This document shows positions 40,085 to 52,474 of a DNA stretch of 64,000 bases, piece after piece. The stretch is from Hemiscyllium ocellatum (Eukaryota), in NCBI RefSeq assembly GCF_020745735.1, contig NC_083409.1, positions 25,502,048-25,566,047 of the forward strand, written 5' to 3'. Numbering within the stretch: the stretch's first letter is position 1; each line of letters opens with the position of its first letter. The notes under the pieces are model-generated. The model saw only the letters and a program-made list of their open reading frames with translations. It was not told the DNA's origin and made no database searches. Both the position numbers and the translations under genes were made by a program.

Positions 40085-40575
40085 CAGTCATGCAGCACGG
40101 AAACAAACCTTTCGATCTCACCAGTCCCAAACCAAACATAGTCCCAAACCAAAGGAGTCCCACTGCTTGCCCTAGGCCCATGTCCCTCCAAAAATTTCTT
40201 ATTCACGAATCTATCCGATGTCTTAAATGCTGAAACTGTACTTGCATCCACCACTTTCTCTGGAAGTTCATTCCACACACAAGCCACACTTTGTGGGGGG
40301 GGAAAATTACCCCCATAACTTTTAAAAATCTTGCTCCTCTCATCTTAGAATATGTCCCCTAGTCTTGAAATCCCCCACCCGAGGGAAAAGACACCTGCCA
40401 TTCACTTTATTTATACCACTCATGATTTTATATAAATTTCTAAAGGTCATCACTCAAACTGCTATGCTCCAGTGAAAAATGCCCCAACCTATTCAGCCTC
40501 TCCTTAGAACTCAAACCCTGCATTCCTGGCAATATTCTGATAAATCTCTTCTGAACCGACTCCAGTTTAATAATA
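40085..40575 (-). mobile_element. degenerate CR1 3' fragment
   Basis: Minus ORF CVWNELPEKVVDASTVSAFK. Confidence 0.65.
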
Positions 40576-41923
40576 TCTTAATATCTAGTGCTTTGCTTCC
40601 TCTTTGCCCCCCCCCCCCCCGTTTTAGTCTTGGTAATCAACAATGCTACTTTCAGTTCATGCACCTGTATAAATTAAAGTTCTTACCTAACTCCTAAAGT
40701 CCTCTGAGATTGTTTTATTACTCTCTTGTAAGTACAGGAATCACATTAGCTGGTTTATTCTTAGGGCAGAAAGGGTTACAAGGAGATTTAGAGATGTTAA
40801 AAATTACAATGGATTTTGTTAAGAGTAGGCAACAAGAAATTGTTTCTCCTGACTGCTAGGTAGGTAAACAGGAAAGGAATTTCAGATCGATAGCAAAGGA
40901 ACCAGGTGAATTAAATGGAATTTCACAGTAAGTTGTTTATAATCTAGAATACATTGCCTAAAAGAGCAGATTCAACTGTAACTTTCATTAACAGCAATTG
41001 AATTAATATTGTTAACAAAACATGAAATTTAGAGGGAGCAATGCTGAAAAACATAGGATCAAGAATAGACCATTTCAGCTTGTTTTGCTATTCCGTTAGA
41101 TCATGCCCGATGTGCAGCCTAACTCATATACCTTTATCCCATTTTTTTTTTCTACGGCATGGAATTAGGCCCTTCAGCCCAACCTGTCCATGCCGTCCAG
41201 TTTTCACAATTAAACTAGTCCCATTTGCCTGCATTTGGACCATATCCCTCCATACCTATCCCATCCATGTGCCTGTGTAAATGTATCTTAAATGGCAAAA
41301 ATTGTACTCTCCTCCACAAATATCTCTGGCAGCTCATTCAAGACACTAACCACCCTCTGTGTGACAAAATCGCCCCCCTAGACCCTTTTGTATCTCTCCC
41401 CTCTCATTTTAAACCCATGCCCTTTAGTTTTCTTTAATGTTAAAACAAGGATATTTTTGTTAATCAAAGTTATTGGCAATTTTAGCATCAATTGCTGCTT
41501 GTGAAAGAGTGCCAAACTTGTACACCAGAGTAAAATAAATCTTCCTAATTTCAGTGCTGAAGGTCTGGATTCAAGTTTCTGATTGTGTCCCCCTGCCCTC
41601 CTCAGTTCTATACTCCACAAACAGTGTATGAAGTTTCTATCTAACCTATCTGCCCTCTTAATATCTTAAAGATTTTGACCAAGACACCTCTTAACCTTCT
41701 AAACCTCAAGCAAACACACCCTTAGTTTATGCAATATCTCCTCTTAAGTTATAGTTGCATTCCAAGTTTTGTTTTGATTAATTGACAATGCACGTCTCCA
41801 AGGCAATTTCTCAGGCTCCCTCTCTGTCCTGTAGTTGTGGTCTAACTAGAGCCTTGGATGTTGCAAAACACTTTTAATCCCTTGTATTATAGTTATCTAG
41901 GTATCTAGAAAAATGCTAACCAT

Positions 41924-43310
41924 TTAAAGTCTGGTTGAAGATTTGTAGCTCGGGTGTCCGTTGTTGTGGTTCTGTTCGCCGAGCTGGAAGTTTTTGCTGC
42001 AAACGTTTCGTTCCCTGGCTAGGGAACATTATCAGTGCTATTGGAGCCTCCTGTGAAGTGCTGCTTTGATGTTTCTTCCGGTATTTATAGTGGTTTGTTC
42101 TTGCCGCTTCCGGGTGTCAGTTTCAGCTGTAGTAGTTTGTATGTGGGGTCCAGGTTGATGTGTCTGTTGATGGATGTTCTTGCCGCTTCCGGGTGTCAGT
42201 TTCAGCTGTAGTGGTTTGTATATGGGGTCCAGGTCCATGTGTCTGTTAATGGAGTTTGTGGATGAATGCCATGCCTCTAGGAATTCCCTGGCTGTTCTCT
42301 GTCTGGCTTGTCCTATGATGGTAGTGTTTTCCCAGTCAAATTCATGTTCCTGGTTGTCTGAGTGTATGGCTACTAGGGATAGCTGGTCGTGTCGTTTTGT
42401 GGCTAGCTGATGTTCATGGATGCGGATTGTTAGCTGTCTTCCTGTTTGTCCTATATAGTGTTTTGTGCAGTCCTTGCATGGTATTTTGCAAACTACGTTA
42501 GTTTGGCTCGTGCTGGCTATTGGGTCCTTTGTTCTAGTGAGTTGTTGTCTGAGTGTGGAAGTTGGCTTGTGTGCTGTTATGAGTTCTAAGGGTCGCAGTA
42601 GTCTGGCTGTCAGTTCTGAGACGCTCCTGACGTATGGTAGTGTGGCTAGTCCTTTTGGTTGTGGCATGTCCTCGTTCCGTGGTCTATCTCTTAGGCATCT
42701 GGTGATAAAGTTGCGTGGTTATCCGTTTTTGGCGAATACCTTGTATAGGTGTTCCTCTTCCTCTTTTCGCAGTTCTGGTGTACTGCAGTGTGTTGTGGCT
42801 CTTTTGAATAGTGTCCTGATGCAGCTTCGTTTATGTGTGTTGGGGTGGTTACTTTCATAGTTTAGGACTTGGTCTGTGTGTGTTGGTTTCCTGTGTACCC
42901 TTGTGGTGAATTCTCCGTTGGGTGTTCTCTCTACTAACACGTCCAGGAATGGGAGTTGGCTATCCTTTTCCTCTTCTCTCGTGAATCGTATTCCTGTGAG
43001 TGTGGCGTTGATGATTCGGTGTGTTTTTTCTATTTGTGTTTTTGATGATTACAAAGGTGTCATCGACGTATCTGATCCAGAGTTTGGGTTGGATTTGTGG
43101 TAGGGCTGTATGTTCTAACCTTTGCATAACTGCCTCTGCTATGAGTCCCGAGATTGGTGATCCCATGGGTGTTCCGTTGATTTGTTCGTATATCTGATTG
43201 TTGAATGTAAAGTGTGTGGTGAGGCACAGGTCTAGTAGTTTAAGTATGCCGTCCTTGTTGATAGGTTCGGCCTCCTGTGTTCTGTTATGTATGTCCAGTA
43301 GGTTGGCTAT
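41924..43310 (-). mobile_element. Penelope/Poseidon-type retroelement, left (minus) arm of an inverted insertion: RT C-terminal half plus GIY-YIG endonuclease
   Basis: NGTPMGSPISG, WIRYVDDTF, HRKPTHTD..LNYESNHP, LPYV, KIPCKDC..YIGQTGRQL, REFLEAWHS; 37-nt tail at 41924-41960. Confidence 0.92.
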
Positions 43311-44380
43311 AGAAAAAAACACACCGAATCATCAACGCCACACTCACAGGAATACGATTCACGAGAGAAGAGGAAAAGGATAGCTAACTCCCATTCCTAG
43401 ACGTGTTAGTAGAGAGAACACCCAACGGAGAATTCACCACAAGGGTACACAGGAAACCAACACACAGACCAAGTCCTAAACTATGAAAGTAACCACCCCA
43501 ACACACATAAACGAAGCTGCATCAGGACACTATTCAAAAGAGCCATAACACACTGCAGTACACCAGAACTGCGAAAAGAGGAAGAGGAACACCTATACAA
43601 GGTATTCGCCAAAAACGGATAACCACGCAACTTTATCACCAGATGCCTAAGAGATAGACCACGGAACGAGGACATGCCACAACCAAAAGGACTAGCCACA
43701 CTACCATACGTCAGGAGCGTCTCAGAAGTGACAGCCAGACTACTGCGACCCTTAGAACTCATAACAGCACACAAGCCAACTTCCACACTCAGACAACAAC
43801 TCACTAGAACAAAGGACCCAATAGCCAGCACGAGCCAAACTAACGTAGTTTACAAAATACCATGCAAGGACTGCACAAAACACTATATAGGACAAACAGG
43901 AAGACAGCTAACAATCCGCATCCATGAACATCAGCTAGCCACAAAACGACACGACCAGCTATCCCTAGTAGCCATACACTCAGACAACCAGGAACATGAA
44001 TTTGACTGGGAAAACACCACCATCATAGGACAAGCCAGACAGAGAACAGCCAGGGAATTCCTAGAGGCATGGCATTCATCCACAAACTCCATTAACAGAC
44101 ACATGGACCTGGACCCCATATACAAACCACTACAGCTGAAACTGACACCTGGAAGCGGCAAGAACATCCATCAACAGACCCATCGACCTGGACCCCACAT
44201 ACAAACTACTACAGCTGAAACTGACACCCGGAAGCGGCAAGAACAAACCACTATAAATACCGGAAGAAACATCAAAGCAGCGCTTCACAGGAGGCTCCAA
44301 TAGCACTGATGATGTTCCCTAGCCAGGGAACGAAACGTTTGCAGCAAAAACTTCCAGCTCGGCGAACAGAACCACAACAA
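43309..44380 (+). mobile_element. Penelope/Poseidon-type retroelement, right (plus) arm
   Basis: ORF 43674-44303 is almost identical to the minus ORF 42038-42667. The whole palindrome is flanked by TSD atgctaaccat (41913-41923 / 44381-44391). Confidence 0.92.
44303..44342 (+). ncRNA. minimal type I hammerhead ribozyme motif (PLE-associated)
   Basis: gca-CTGATGA-t-gttccct(agcc)agggaac-GAAAC-GTT-tgc: stem I gca/tgc, 7-bp stem II and palindromic AAACGTTT. Confidence 0.75.
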
Positions 44381-45329
44381 ATGCTAACCATCGTTTACTT
44401 TCAGTATTCATGACATTTTAATGAACCGAGTACACACACACTAATGTTCCTTTAAACATCCACTGTTTCCAGCTTTGCATCAGTAGGAAGTATGCTAACC
44501 CATCTGTATCCATAATAAGTGCCTTCATAGTTACCTGTACTGAAATCCATTTGCCACAGTTTTACCTATTCATTCAATATCCAATGTAATGTTTGGATCT
44601 TCATATCATCAGCAAATTTGGACACGTGGCTATGAATAACTGCAGTGAATAGTTGAGGCCCCAACACTCATCTTGCAGGATCGCATTTAATCAGTCACAA
44701 TACTTCCCCATTCTCCCTATCCTCTGACCAGTCAGCTGATTTCCTAAGCAGGTACTGTAAATAGTTTGCTTTCAGGTCCATGGGTTAGACCTTTAGCCAG
44801 CAGTCTGTAATGAGAGCTGTCTGGAAATCCAAATGAGAACATTTACAGATATTCCCTGTGCATTACTTTAGTCCTGCCTTCAAAAACCTTTCTCTGATTG
44901 AGAATGAACTGTCCAATACAATTCCATGTTGGTTCTTTCTAATAGGTTGAACACTTTCAAGGTACTCAATCACTTTATCCTTAATTACAAACTCTAGTAA
45001 TATCCTGTCAACACATGCTAGCATATCATTTCCTAGTTTTCCTCTCTTTTAAATACTGGAGATTTTCATATCCTGGTATATGAGAGCTTCAGCAGATTAG
45101 AATTTGGCATTAACAGACATTTCCTTTAAAACCATCTGACCTTGGGGAATTTTTACTCTTCAATGACATCATGTCCTGTATTGCTGTGTTTTTGCTTAAT
45201 GTTGACTTTGGTGAGTGCCTGTCTCATTTGATATTAATTTCCTTGGGATTTTTTGGCATTTTAGTGCCTCTTTGTTGTAAATACTAACACCTAGTGATTA
45301 TCCTCCAAATCCACCATTTTCTGTTTACT

Positions 45330-45875
45330 GATGATACAAAGCGAGTTGGAAAAGCTAAGTTGTGCGGAGCACACACTGTCTATAAAATTATATAAACAGG
45401 TTAAATGAGGGGACACGTTTAGCAGGTGAAGCATAATGTGGGAAAATGGAGATTTAACAAGTTTGCTAAGAAGAGTGTTACTCAGATGGAGAGAAATCAC
45501 AGAAGGCTGCCGTGCACAGGGACCTGGCTGTTCTATATGAATTAGTATACAAGTACAGCAAGTAATTAGGTAAGCAAATGAAATGAAGGTATTTATTGTA
45601 AGGAATTTGGATTGTAAAAGTAAGGAAGAGTTATAAGAACTGTACAGGGTGTTGGTGAGATCCACACCCAGAACATTATACACAGTTTTGGTACTATTTA
45701 AGGATGGATATATTTGCACAAAGTTGTTCAAAGTAGGTTCATTCCTGGGATGAAGAAGTGATCTTATTGCAGCATTTAAGATTCTGAGTGGGTTTGACAG
45801 GGAAACAATATTTCCACTGATGTGGGATCTCAAACAAGGAGACATAGTTTCAGAATAAAGGAGGTGAGCCATCTT
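45330..45875 (+). mobile_element. old degenerate CR1 ORF2 3' fragment
   Basis: Decayed CR1-like motifs (ctgtacagggtgttggtgagatccacacccagaa...cagttttggt). Confidence 0.5.
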
Positions 45876-46794
45876 GTGTAGGTAGGCACAAGGAGGATTA
45901 ATAATTTTTTCAATGGGCCATGTTACTTCTGACCACCATTGTAACTTTATTGTTCATTTTTATATGCGCTGCAAGTTTCAGCTCATGTTTCCTGTTTACA
46001 GCTGTGTTTCTTCATCTTTTTCTGATCTTTGTTTTTTTCACGTGTCAAGGCCTGTCTTTTTTTAAAAATCATTTTTCTTTTCCTTCTGGTTTTTTGACCC
46101 TTACCTAGTTAGATGTCCATGGCTGACCTCTCTGGCAAGTAAAGTTCTTGCTCCTTCGAGTTGGTATAGTGTTCTTTTTTAACATGGATAATATCTTATT
46201 CATTATCAGATTTATTCAGTTCATTGGCAATCTCGGGCCTACTTAACTCTATTGATTTGTGTTTTTCCCTTTTAATCACGACATTGTAATGTCTCCCTTT
46301 AGATTGTAATTATCATAAATTGGTTGAGTTCAGCATTAGATAAATGTTTGCGTACAGTTTGGCTGTTAATTAAATGGAACACATTACTCAATCTAGACTC
46401 TTGTTGGTTCTAAGACACTGCTGCAGAAACTGTTCCAGATATAGACATGAATTTCACTACCTTTCTGACATGCTGGCCTGCGTGGCCCAGTCAAAGTGAG
46501 AGTTAAATACCTCCATTAATGGCTGCTGCTACATGCTTGTCCAATCTGTATTTACACAATCTACTGCTTCACAGTTGCTATCAGGGGGCTTGTAACTTCT
46601 ACTCTGTCTCTTAATTATACGTATAATAGCTTTCACTGGGTGGCATATCTCCGGGTACAATTATTTTTTAATTAATCATGTTCAAATCGGGTAGGTAGTG
46701 GAATTCTGTCTCAAAGGTAGGGACACTGCCACAATGCTATAAGAGTTGCCCTATATCAGCAGCGAAGTAGTTTCATCGTTAATATCTAAACGAT

Positions 46795-47089
46795 GGGTGG
46801 CACAGTGGTTAGCACTGCTGCCTCACAGCGCCAGAGACCCGGGTTCAATTTCCACCTCAGGCAACTATGTGGAGTTTGTACATTCTCCCCGTGTCTGTGT
46901 GGGTTTCCTCCGGGTGCTCCGGTTTCCTCCCACAGTCCAAAAACATGCAGGTTAGGTGAATTGGCCATGCTAAACTGCCTGTAGTGTTAGGTGTAGGGGA
47001 ATGGGTCTGGGTGGGTTGCGCTTCGGCGGGTTGGTGTGCACTTGTTAGGCCGAAGGGCCTGTTTCCACACTGTAAGTCATCTAATCTAA
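46795..47089 (+). mobile_element. HE1-type V-SINE
   Basis: A box tggcacagtgg, B box ggttcaatttcc, V-domain and tail. Confidence 0.85.
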
Positions 47090-47480
47090 AGATACTCTTC
47101 CTTTCTGTCAGTTAACATCTCTATTGTGCCTACATCATAGAATTTTCCAATATCACTCAAGAGAAAGTATCTGGAGAAGAAAGCAGTGTTCTGATCAGCA
47201 AAGGATCATCTCAGCAAATCCTGTGGATGAGAATTGTCTTCCTCATCTTTCCCTCTGCCCAGAATACCTATTTATTTGCCTGTCCCTGCCTCTGTCTTTG
47301 TGCGTATAGTGGATAAGTTTTATAAGGGGAAGTTAGCATTTCAGTTAGTGGACTTGAATGCCAATGGTACATAATTGTTTACTTATAGTTGGAATGTATT
47401 TACTTGTAATCAGGAGCAATTCTTATTAAATACAAAAATGTCTGTGCTTCCTGGCAACCTAGATGTAAAAGTCAGGCAAA

Positions 47481-47648
47481 TAAGACATAGGAGTGGAAGT
47501 AAGGCCATTTGGCCCATCGAGTCCACTCCGCCATTCAATCATGGCTGATGGGCATTTCAACTCCACTTACCAGCATTCTCCCCGTAGCCCTTAATTCCTC
47601 GAGACATCAAGAATCTATCAATCTCTGCCTTGAAAACATTTAGCGTCT
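47481..47648 (-). mobile_element. CR1 3' end fragment
   Basis: Reverse complement of about 6383-6549. Confidence 0.8.
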
Positions 47649-49203
47649 TCTATTGAGGAATGATGTGAGAATAGCAGGGTTTGATTGCCAGCATGCTACC
47701 CCAGCGAATTGTAACATTATGGCAAATTAAAATAAATAAATGGTTAAAGGACTGGAATGTATTCCCATTGGTAGGTTATTCCAGTTGGGAAGTTGATTCT
47801 TGATCTTCCTTCTCCAGATATGTTCACTTGAGTACAGGAAGCAGATTGATAGTGGAAAATCCTGTGATGTAGGCACAATAGAGATGTTAACTGACAGAAA
47901 GGAAGAGTATCTTTAGATTAAATTACTTACAGTGTGGAAGGGACGTGCATTCGAACTGCTAGATGGCCTGTTGGTCCATTTGTCCAAAGGCATGGTATCA
48001 GTTTGTGCATTGAATGAGTGTTATTAGCACCATTGATCAGATGGGTGTTGGGAGATGACTTAGTGGGATCATCATTTACTGGGGTCAGTATTCAGGGATG
48101 CCTCACTGAGAGCAGCTCTCATGATGGCCACCATGTAGTTCAGGCCAGTAAAAGAAAATGTCAAACTATCCTCACGCTTGACAGGAAGATCATGTTGTTA
48201 CAGCAGTGGCAGCAACACTGCACAGTCCCAGGTTATTGTCAGAGATATTCCTGCACCTCTATAACCTTTTTGCATGGTATATAACTAGTGGGCACTGTCT
48301 TTCCATTAGACTGACATGGGCATTGGTTAGTGAGCTGGGAAAATATGGTGAGATTGGAAAAATTACATTCTTAATGTGGAATAAAAAAATGTCCAATTCT
48401 GAATCTGAAAGAAGATTTCGAATATCTCCCACTTTCTTCAGATGTTGATTGTAAAGAGCCCTCAATTGGGAGAAGCAAATTCTTCACTCCTTTCCCAGCT
48501 TTCTGCACTTCAGTCATTTTGAAATTTTGATGTTTTTGCTCCCCGAAGCCATTCTTGCACTTGAGTTGGTTTGATTTATTATTATCACATGTACCTAGTT
48601 CTGTTTTGCGTGCAGTGCAGGCAGATCATACTGTACAAAGTGCATCAGAGTAATAGAACAGAGTGAAGAATACAATATTACTGTTTCAGAGAAAGTGAGA
48701 TTTAAGAGAACATTGTAATTTTAACAGACTTAGAATTGAGTTTTAAAATAGCAGAATGATCATACGATATGGAAGAGTAAGGTTGGCTGTTGAGAGCCTG
48801 CACAGTTGCCACACTTTGGCACCATCTTGGCTCTCCCATGAAGTTCAGAGGGAGATTTCTTCCAGGTGCAGTACAGTAATAGCTAATACAGGGCTAAGCA
48901 ATTGACACAAAAGACAGTGAATTATGTTAGCTACACTTGCATTGATCAAACCAATGTAGGAACTCTTGGTGATCAGTTTGGCATATCACTCTCTCCTTTG
49001 GAAAGCCCCAGTAAAGCCCTGTACTCCTGGATCAAAATAGTCTTGACTGTTCCTTTATTTGGAGGATTATGACAGTTGATTTTTAATTAGCCCTTTAAGC
49101 TCAGGCGGTGCTGATCATACTCCATGTCAGAAAGCTTCAGTAGGGCTCCATTAGAAAATTATGTGCACATGCAGACACAAAACCCATCCAATTATAATCG
49201 ATG

Positions 49204-49331
49204 GAGAAAGTGAGGACTGCAGATGCTGGAGATCAGAGCTGAAAATGTGTTGCTGGAAAAGTGCAGCAGGTCAGGCAGCATCCAAGGAGCAGGAGAGTCG
49301 ACGTTTCGGGCATGAGTCCTTCCTGAAGAAG
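49204..49331 (-). mobile_element. PLE terminus with tail, ending in the hammerhead region
   Basis: ggagaaagtgaggactgcagatgctggagatcagagctgaaaatgtg...gacgtttcgggcatgag. Confidence 0.8.
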
Positions 49332-49842
49332 GTGGTGGCTTACAATGCTTACACTGCTAATGGTGTCAGGGATCTTGAGTATTGTTGGAACTGCACTCAT
49401 CCAGGAAGTTGTATTTATTCTATCATACCCCTGACTGATGCCTAAAAGGTGGTGGACAGATCTGGGGAGTCAGAAGGTGAATTATTTTTTTGCAGCATTC
49501 CAACTTCTGACCTGCTGCTGTAGCCACAGTATTTATATGACTGGTTTAGTTCGTTTTCTGGTCAATAGTAATCCTCAGGTTGATGGATAGTTGGAGATTC
49601 AGTGATAATGGCATTGAATGTCAAGGTCGAAGCCTGGTATTTATGTGGCGCACATGCTACTTACCATTTATTCAGAGGAGGTGGTGGTATAGTGGTAATC
49701 TTACTGGACTGATAATCTTAGTGTTCTAGGAATAAGCCGTGCTGGTATTCCCGCAGGGTTGAATGTCCAAACAATGATGGACAAGGTGTACTCAGCCTAC
49801 CAAACAATTCCAAACCTTATCTCTGACAGAAATCAGGTGATT

Positions 49843-50242
49843 ATAGTCATACAACCCAGAAACAGACCTTCAGTCCAACTCATCCATGCTGACCAGACAT
49901 CCCAATCTGACCTAGTCCCATTTGCCAGTATTTGGCCCATATCCCTTTGAGCCCTTCCTATTCATATACCCATCCAGTTGTCTTTTAAATGCTGTAATTG
50001 TACCAGCCTTCACCACTTCCTCTGGCAGCTCATTCCAGACATGCACCACCCTCTGTGTGAACAAGTTACCCCTTCGGTCTCTTTTAAATCTTTCCCCTCT
50101 CACTTTAAAACTGTGCCCTCTAATTTTGGGCTCCCCAACTCAAGGAATAAGACCTTGGCTATTTACTCTGTCCATGCCCCCCATGATTTTATAAACCTCC
50201 ATAAAGTCACCCCTCAGCATCTGACACTTTAGGGAGAAAAGC
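49843..50242 (-). mobile_element. CR1 3' fragment
   Basis: Minus ORF GERFKRDRRGNLFTQRVVHVWNELPEEVV. Confidence 0.8.
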
Positions 50243-51523
50243 CAAAGGAAAAATGAAAGTACAGGGCAGTTTGGGAGAAAAGGACTTGCAATTATTCTCT
50301 GATCATCCATGGAGATGGAAACTTGTCTCACTCTGGTGTCGTGGTTCCATGTAGTAAGTACCCAATATACACAATGACCTCTATTCTAGTCAGAAACAGA
50401 CTAGCTCTTGCTTAATTTCCGTGCATTAATGTCAAATGCATATGCGGGGCTGCCTGTGTCAGAATATCCACTATTCTTTGGGGAAGAACTACCTCTTGAC
50501 TAACCTAGGTCTACCCTTGCAAGTCACCATTTTAATTTGTGAGATTCTTCCCCAATCAATCAAACAAATACAGTCTATTTCCATTCTCTTATAAACTGTG
50601 AGCAAACATATCACCACTTAGTGTACTCTTCTCTAAGATGTGGCTCCCAGCTCCTGAGCTAGTTTGACCTTCCTCATTGAGCATCTAGGTGATTCCTTCA
50701 AAAGACAATCCGTTTTGTGGGATGTGTCTTTACTAGGGCCTTGTTCAGTGTCCCTTCTGTATCCAAGTAATCACAGCAAGGATCCCAAATGGTCCCCTGA
50801 AGTACCTATCCTATTGGTGACGTTGCCCTGACTGGTCTCTGTCTTAAAGGTGGTATACCTTTAGCCTCTTTCCCCAATAGTTAGACATTATGGGTGGGCA
50901 AAAGGGATACCATACTTGACCTATCTCTCCTAAGGTTGATATCAACCAGTCCAGTCACTTTGTCCATTTTCAGATCTCTAGTTCTATCAAAAGCAGTGTG
51001 TCCATCAATGTTAGTATTAATTCATATCAGGAACAATGTTTTGTTAATGATAGTTATGGTTGGTAATGGCATTTGAGGGGGGATATTACTGTTGGTTGGA
51101 GTTGTACTTGGCACATAAGATGGTCGTGGTTGTTGGAGGCCAGTCATCTCAGCTCCAGGACATCTCTGTAACAGTTTCTCAAGGTAGTATCCTCGGCCCA
51201 ACCATCTTCAGCTGCTTCAACGATCTTTAATCATCGTATGGTCAGAAGTGGGGATGTTGGCTGATGGTTGCACAATGTTCAGCACTGTTTACGACTCCTC
51301 GGGTACTGAAGCCGTCCATGTTCAAATGTAACAAGATCTGGACACTATCCAGGCTGGGGCTGACAAGTGGTAGGTCACATTTGCATTGCACAAACGCAAG
51401 GCGAAGACCGCCTCCCCTTAGTGGGCAATCTAACCACCGCCCCAGGCATTCCATAGCATTGTAATTTGCTGAAACTCTCAAAATGAACATCCCTGTGGCT
51501 AGTTACTGAGCTGAGCAAGCCAT

Positions 51524-51637
51524 ATAAATCCCAGGGTTATATGAGCTAGTCAGTAGTTAGAATTCCCATGGCTATATGAGCTAGTCAGTAGTTATAAATC
51601 CCATGGTTATATGAGCTAGTCAGTAGTTAGAAATTCC
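51524..51637. repeat. 35-bp tandem repeat, about 3 copies, inside a decayed LINE fragment
   Basis: atgagctagtcagtagtta at 51541, 51576 and 51611. Confidence 0.85.
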
Positions 51638-52087
51638 TCGGTGGATGATTCACCTCCTGACTCCCCAAACTGTGTCCACCTTCTACACGACACAAATCAG
51701 GAGCGTGATGGAATACTCCTCACTTGACTGGATGGGTGCAGCTCCAACAACACTCAAGAACTCCCCATTGAAGCAGCCCGCCTCATTGGCCCCACACCCA
51801 CCACCTTCAGCATTCACTCTTACCTGCATGTGCACACGGTACCATCAGTGTTCTGTTTCCAAGAGGCACTGCGACAACTCGAGTTCCCTTTGACAGCTCC
51901 TTCCAAACCTACGGCCACTACTATCTGCAAGAACAAGGGCAGCAGATACACGGGAACACCATCATCTGCAACTTCCCTTCTCGGCCACTCACCATCCTGA
52001 TTGGAAATATATCACTATCAATGTCACTGGGTCAAAACTTTGGAACTCCCCCCATAACAGCATTGTGAGTGTCCCTGCACCACACAC

Positions 52088-52338
52088 AATCCATACAGTG
52101 TAGAAGCAGGTCATTCAGCCTATCGAGTCCATACCAACCCTCTGAACAGCATCCTACCTTGACCCACCCCATCCCTGTAACCTTGCATTTCCCATGGCTA
52201 ATCCACCTGACCTGCACATCCTTGGACTGTGGGAGGAAACCCACACAGACACGGGGACAATGTGCAAACTCCATTCAGTTGCCTGAGGCTGGAAATGAAC
52301 CCAGATCCCTGGCACTGTGAGCCATCCCCATGCTGCCC
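52088..52338 (-). mobile_element. degenerate HE1-like SINE
   Basis: cacctgacctgcacatccttggactgtgggaggaaaccc...gtgcaaactcca. Confidence 0.7.
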
Positions 52339-52425
52339 GAGAAGACACACCTTTCCACTGTCTACTCTGAATTCTTCTGGGTCATTTTTCCCTTTCCATG
52401 TATTACCAATATGTCTCAGTAACTG

Positions 52426-52426
<1 letters not shown>

Positions 52427-52470
<44 letters not shown>
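52427..52470. repeat. (TG)22 microsatellite
   Basis: Direct reading. Confidence 0.95.

Positions 52471-52474
<4 letters not shown>

Noticed and set aside
51524-51637. CRISPR-like 35-bp repeats
   Set aside because: Head-to-tail with no spacers, in a eukaryotic context.
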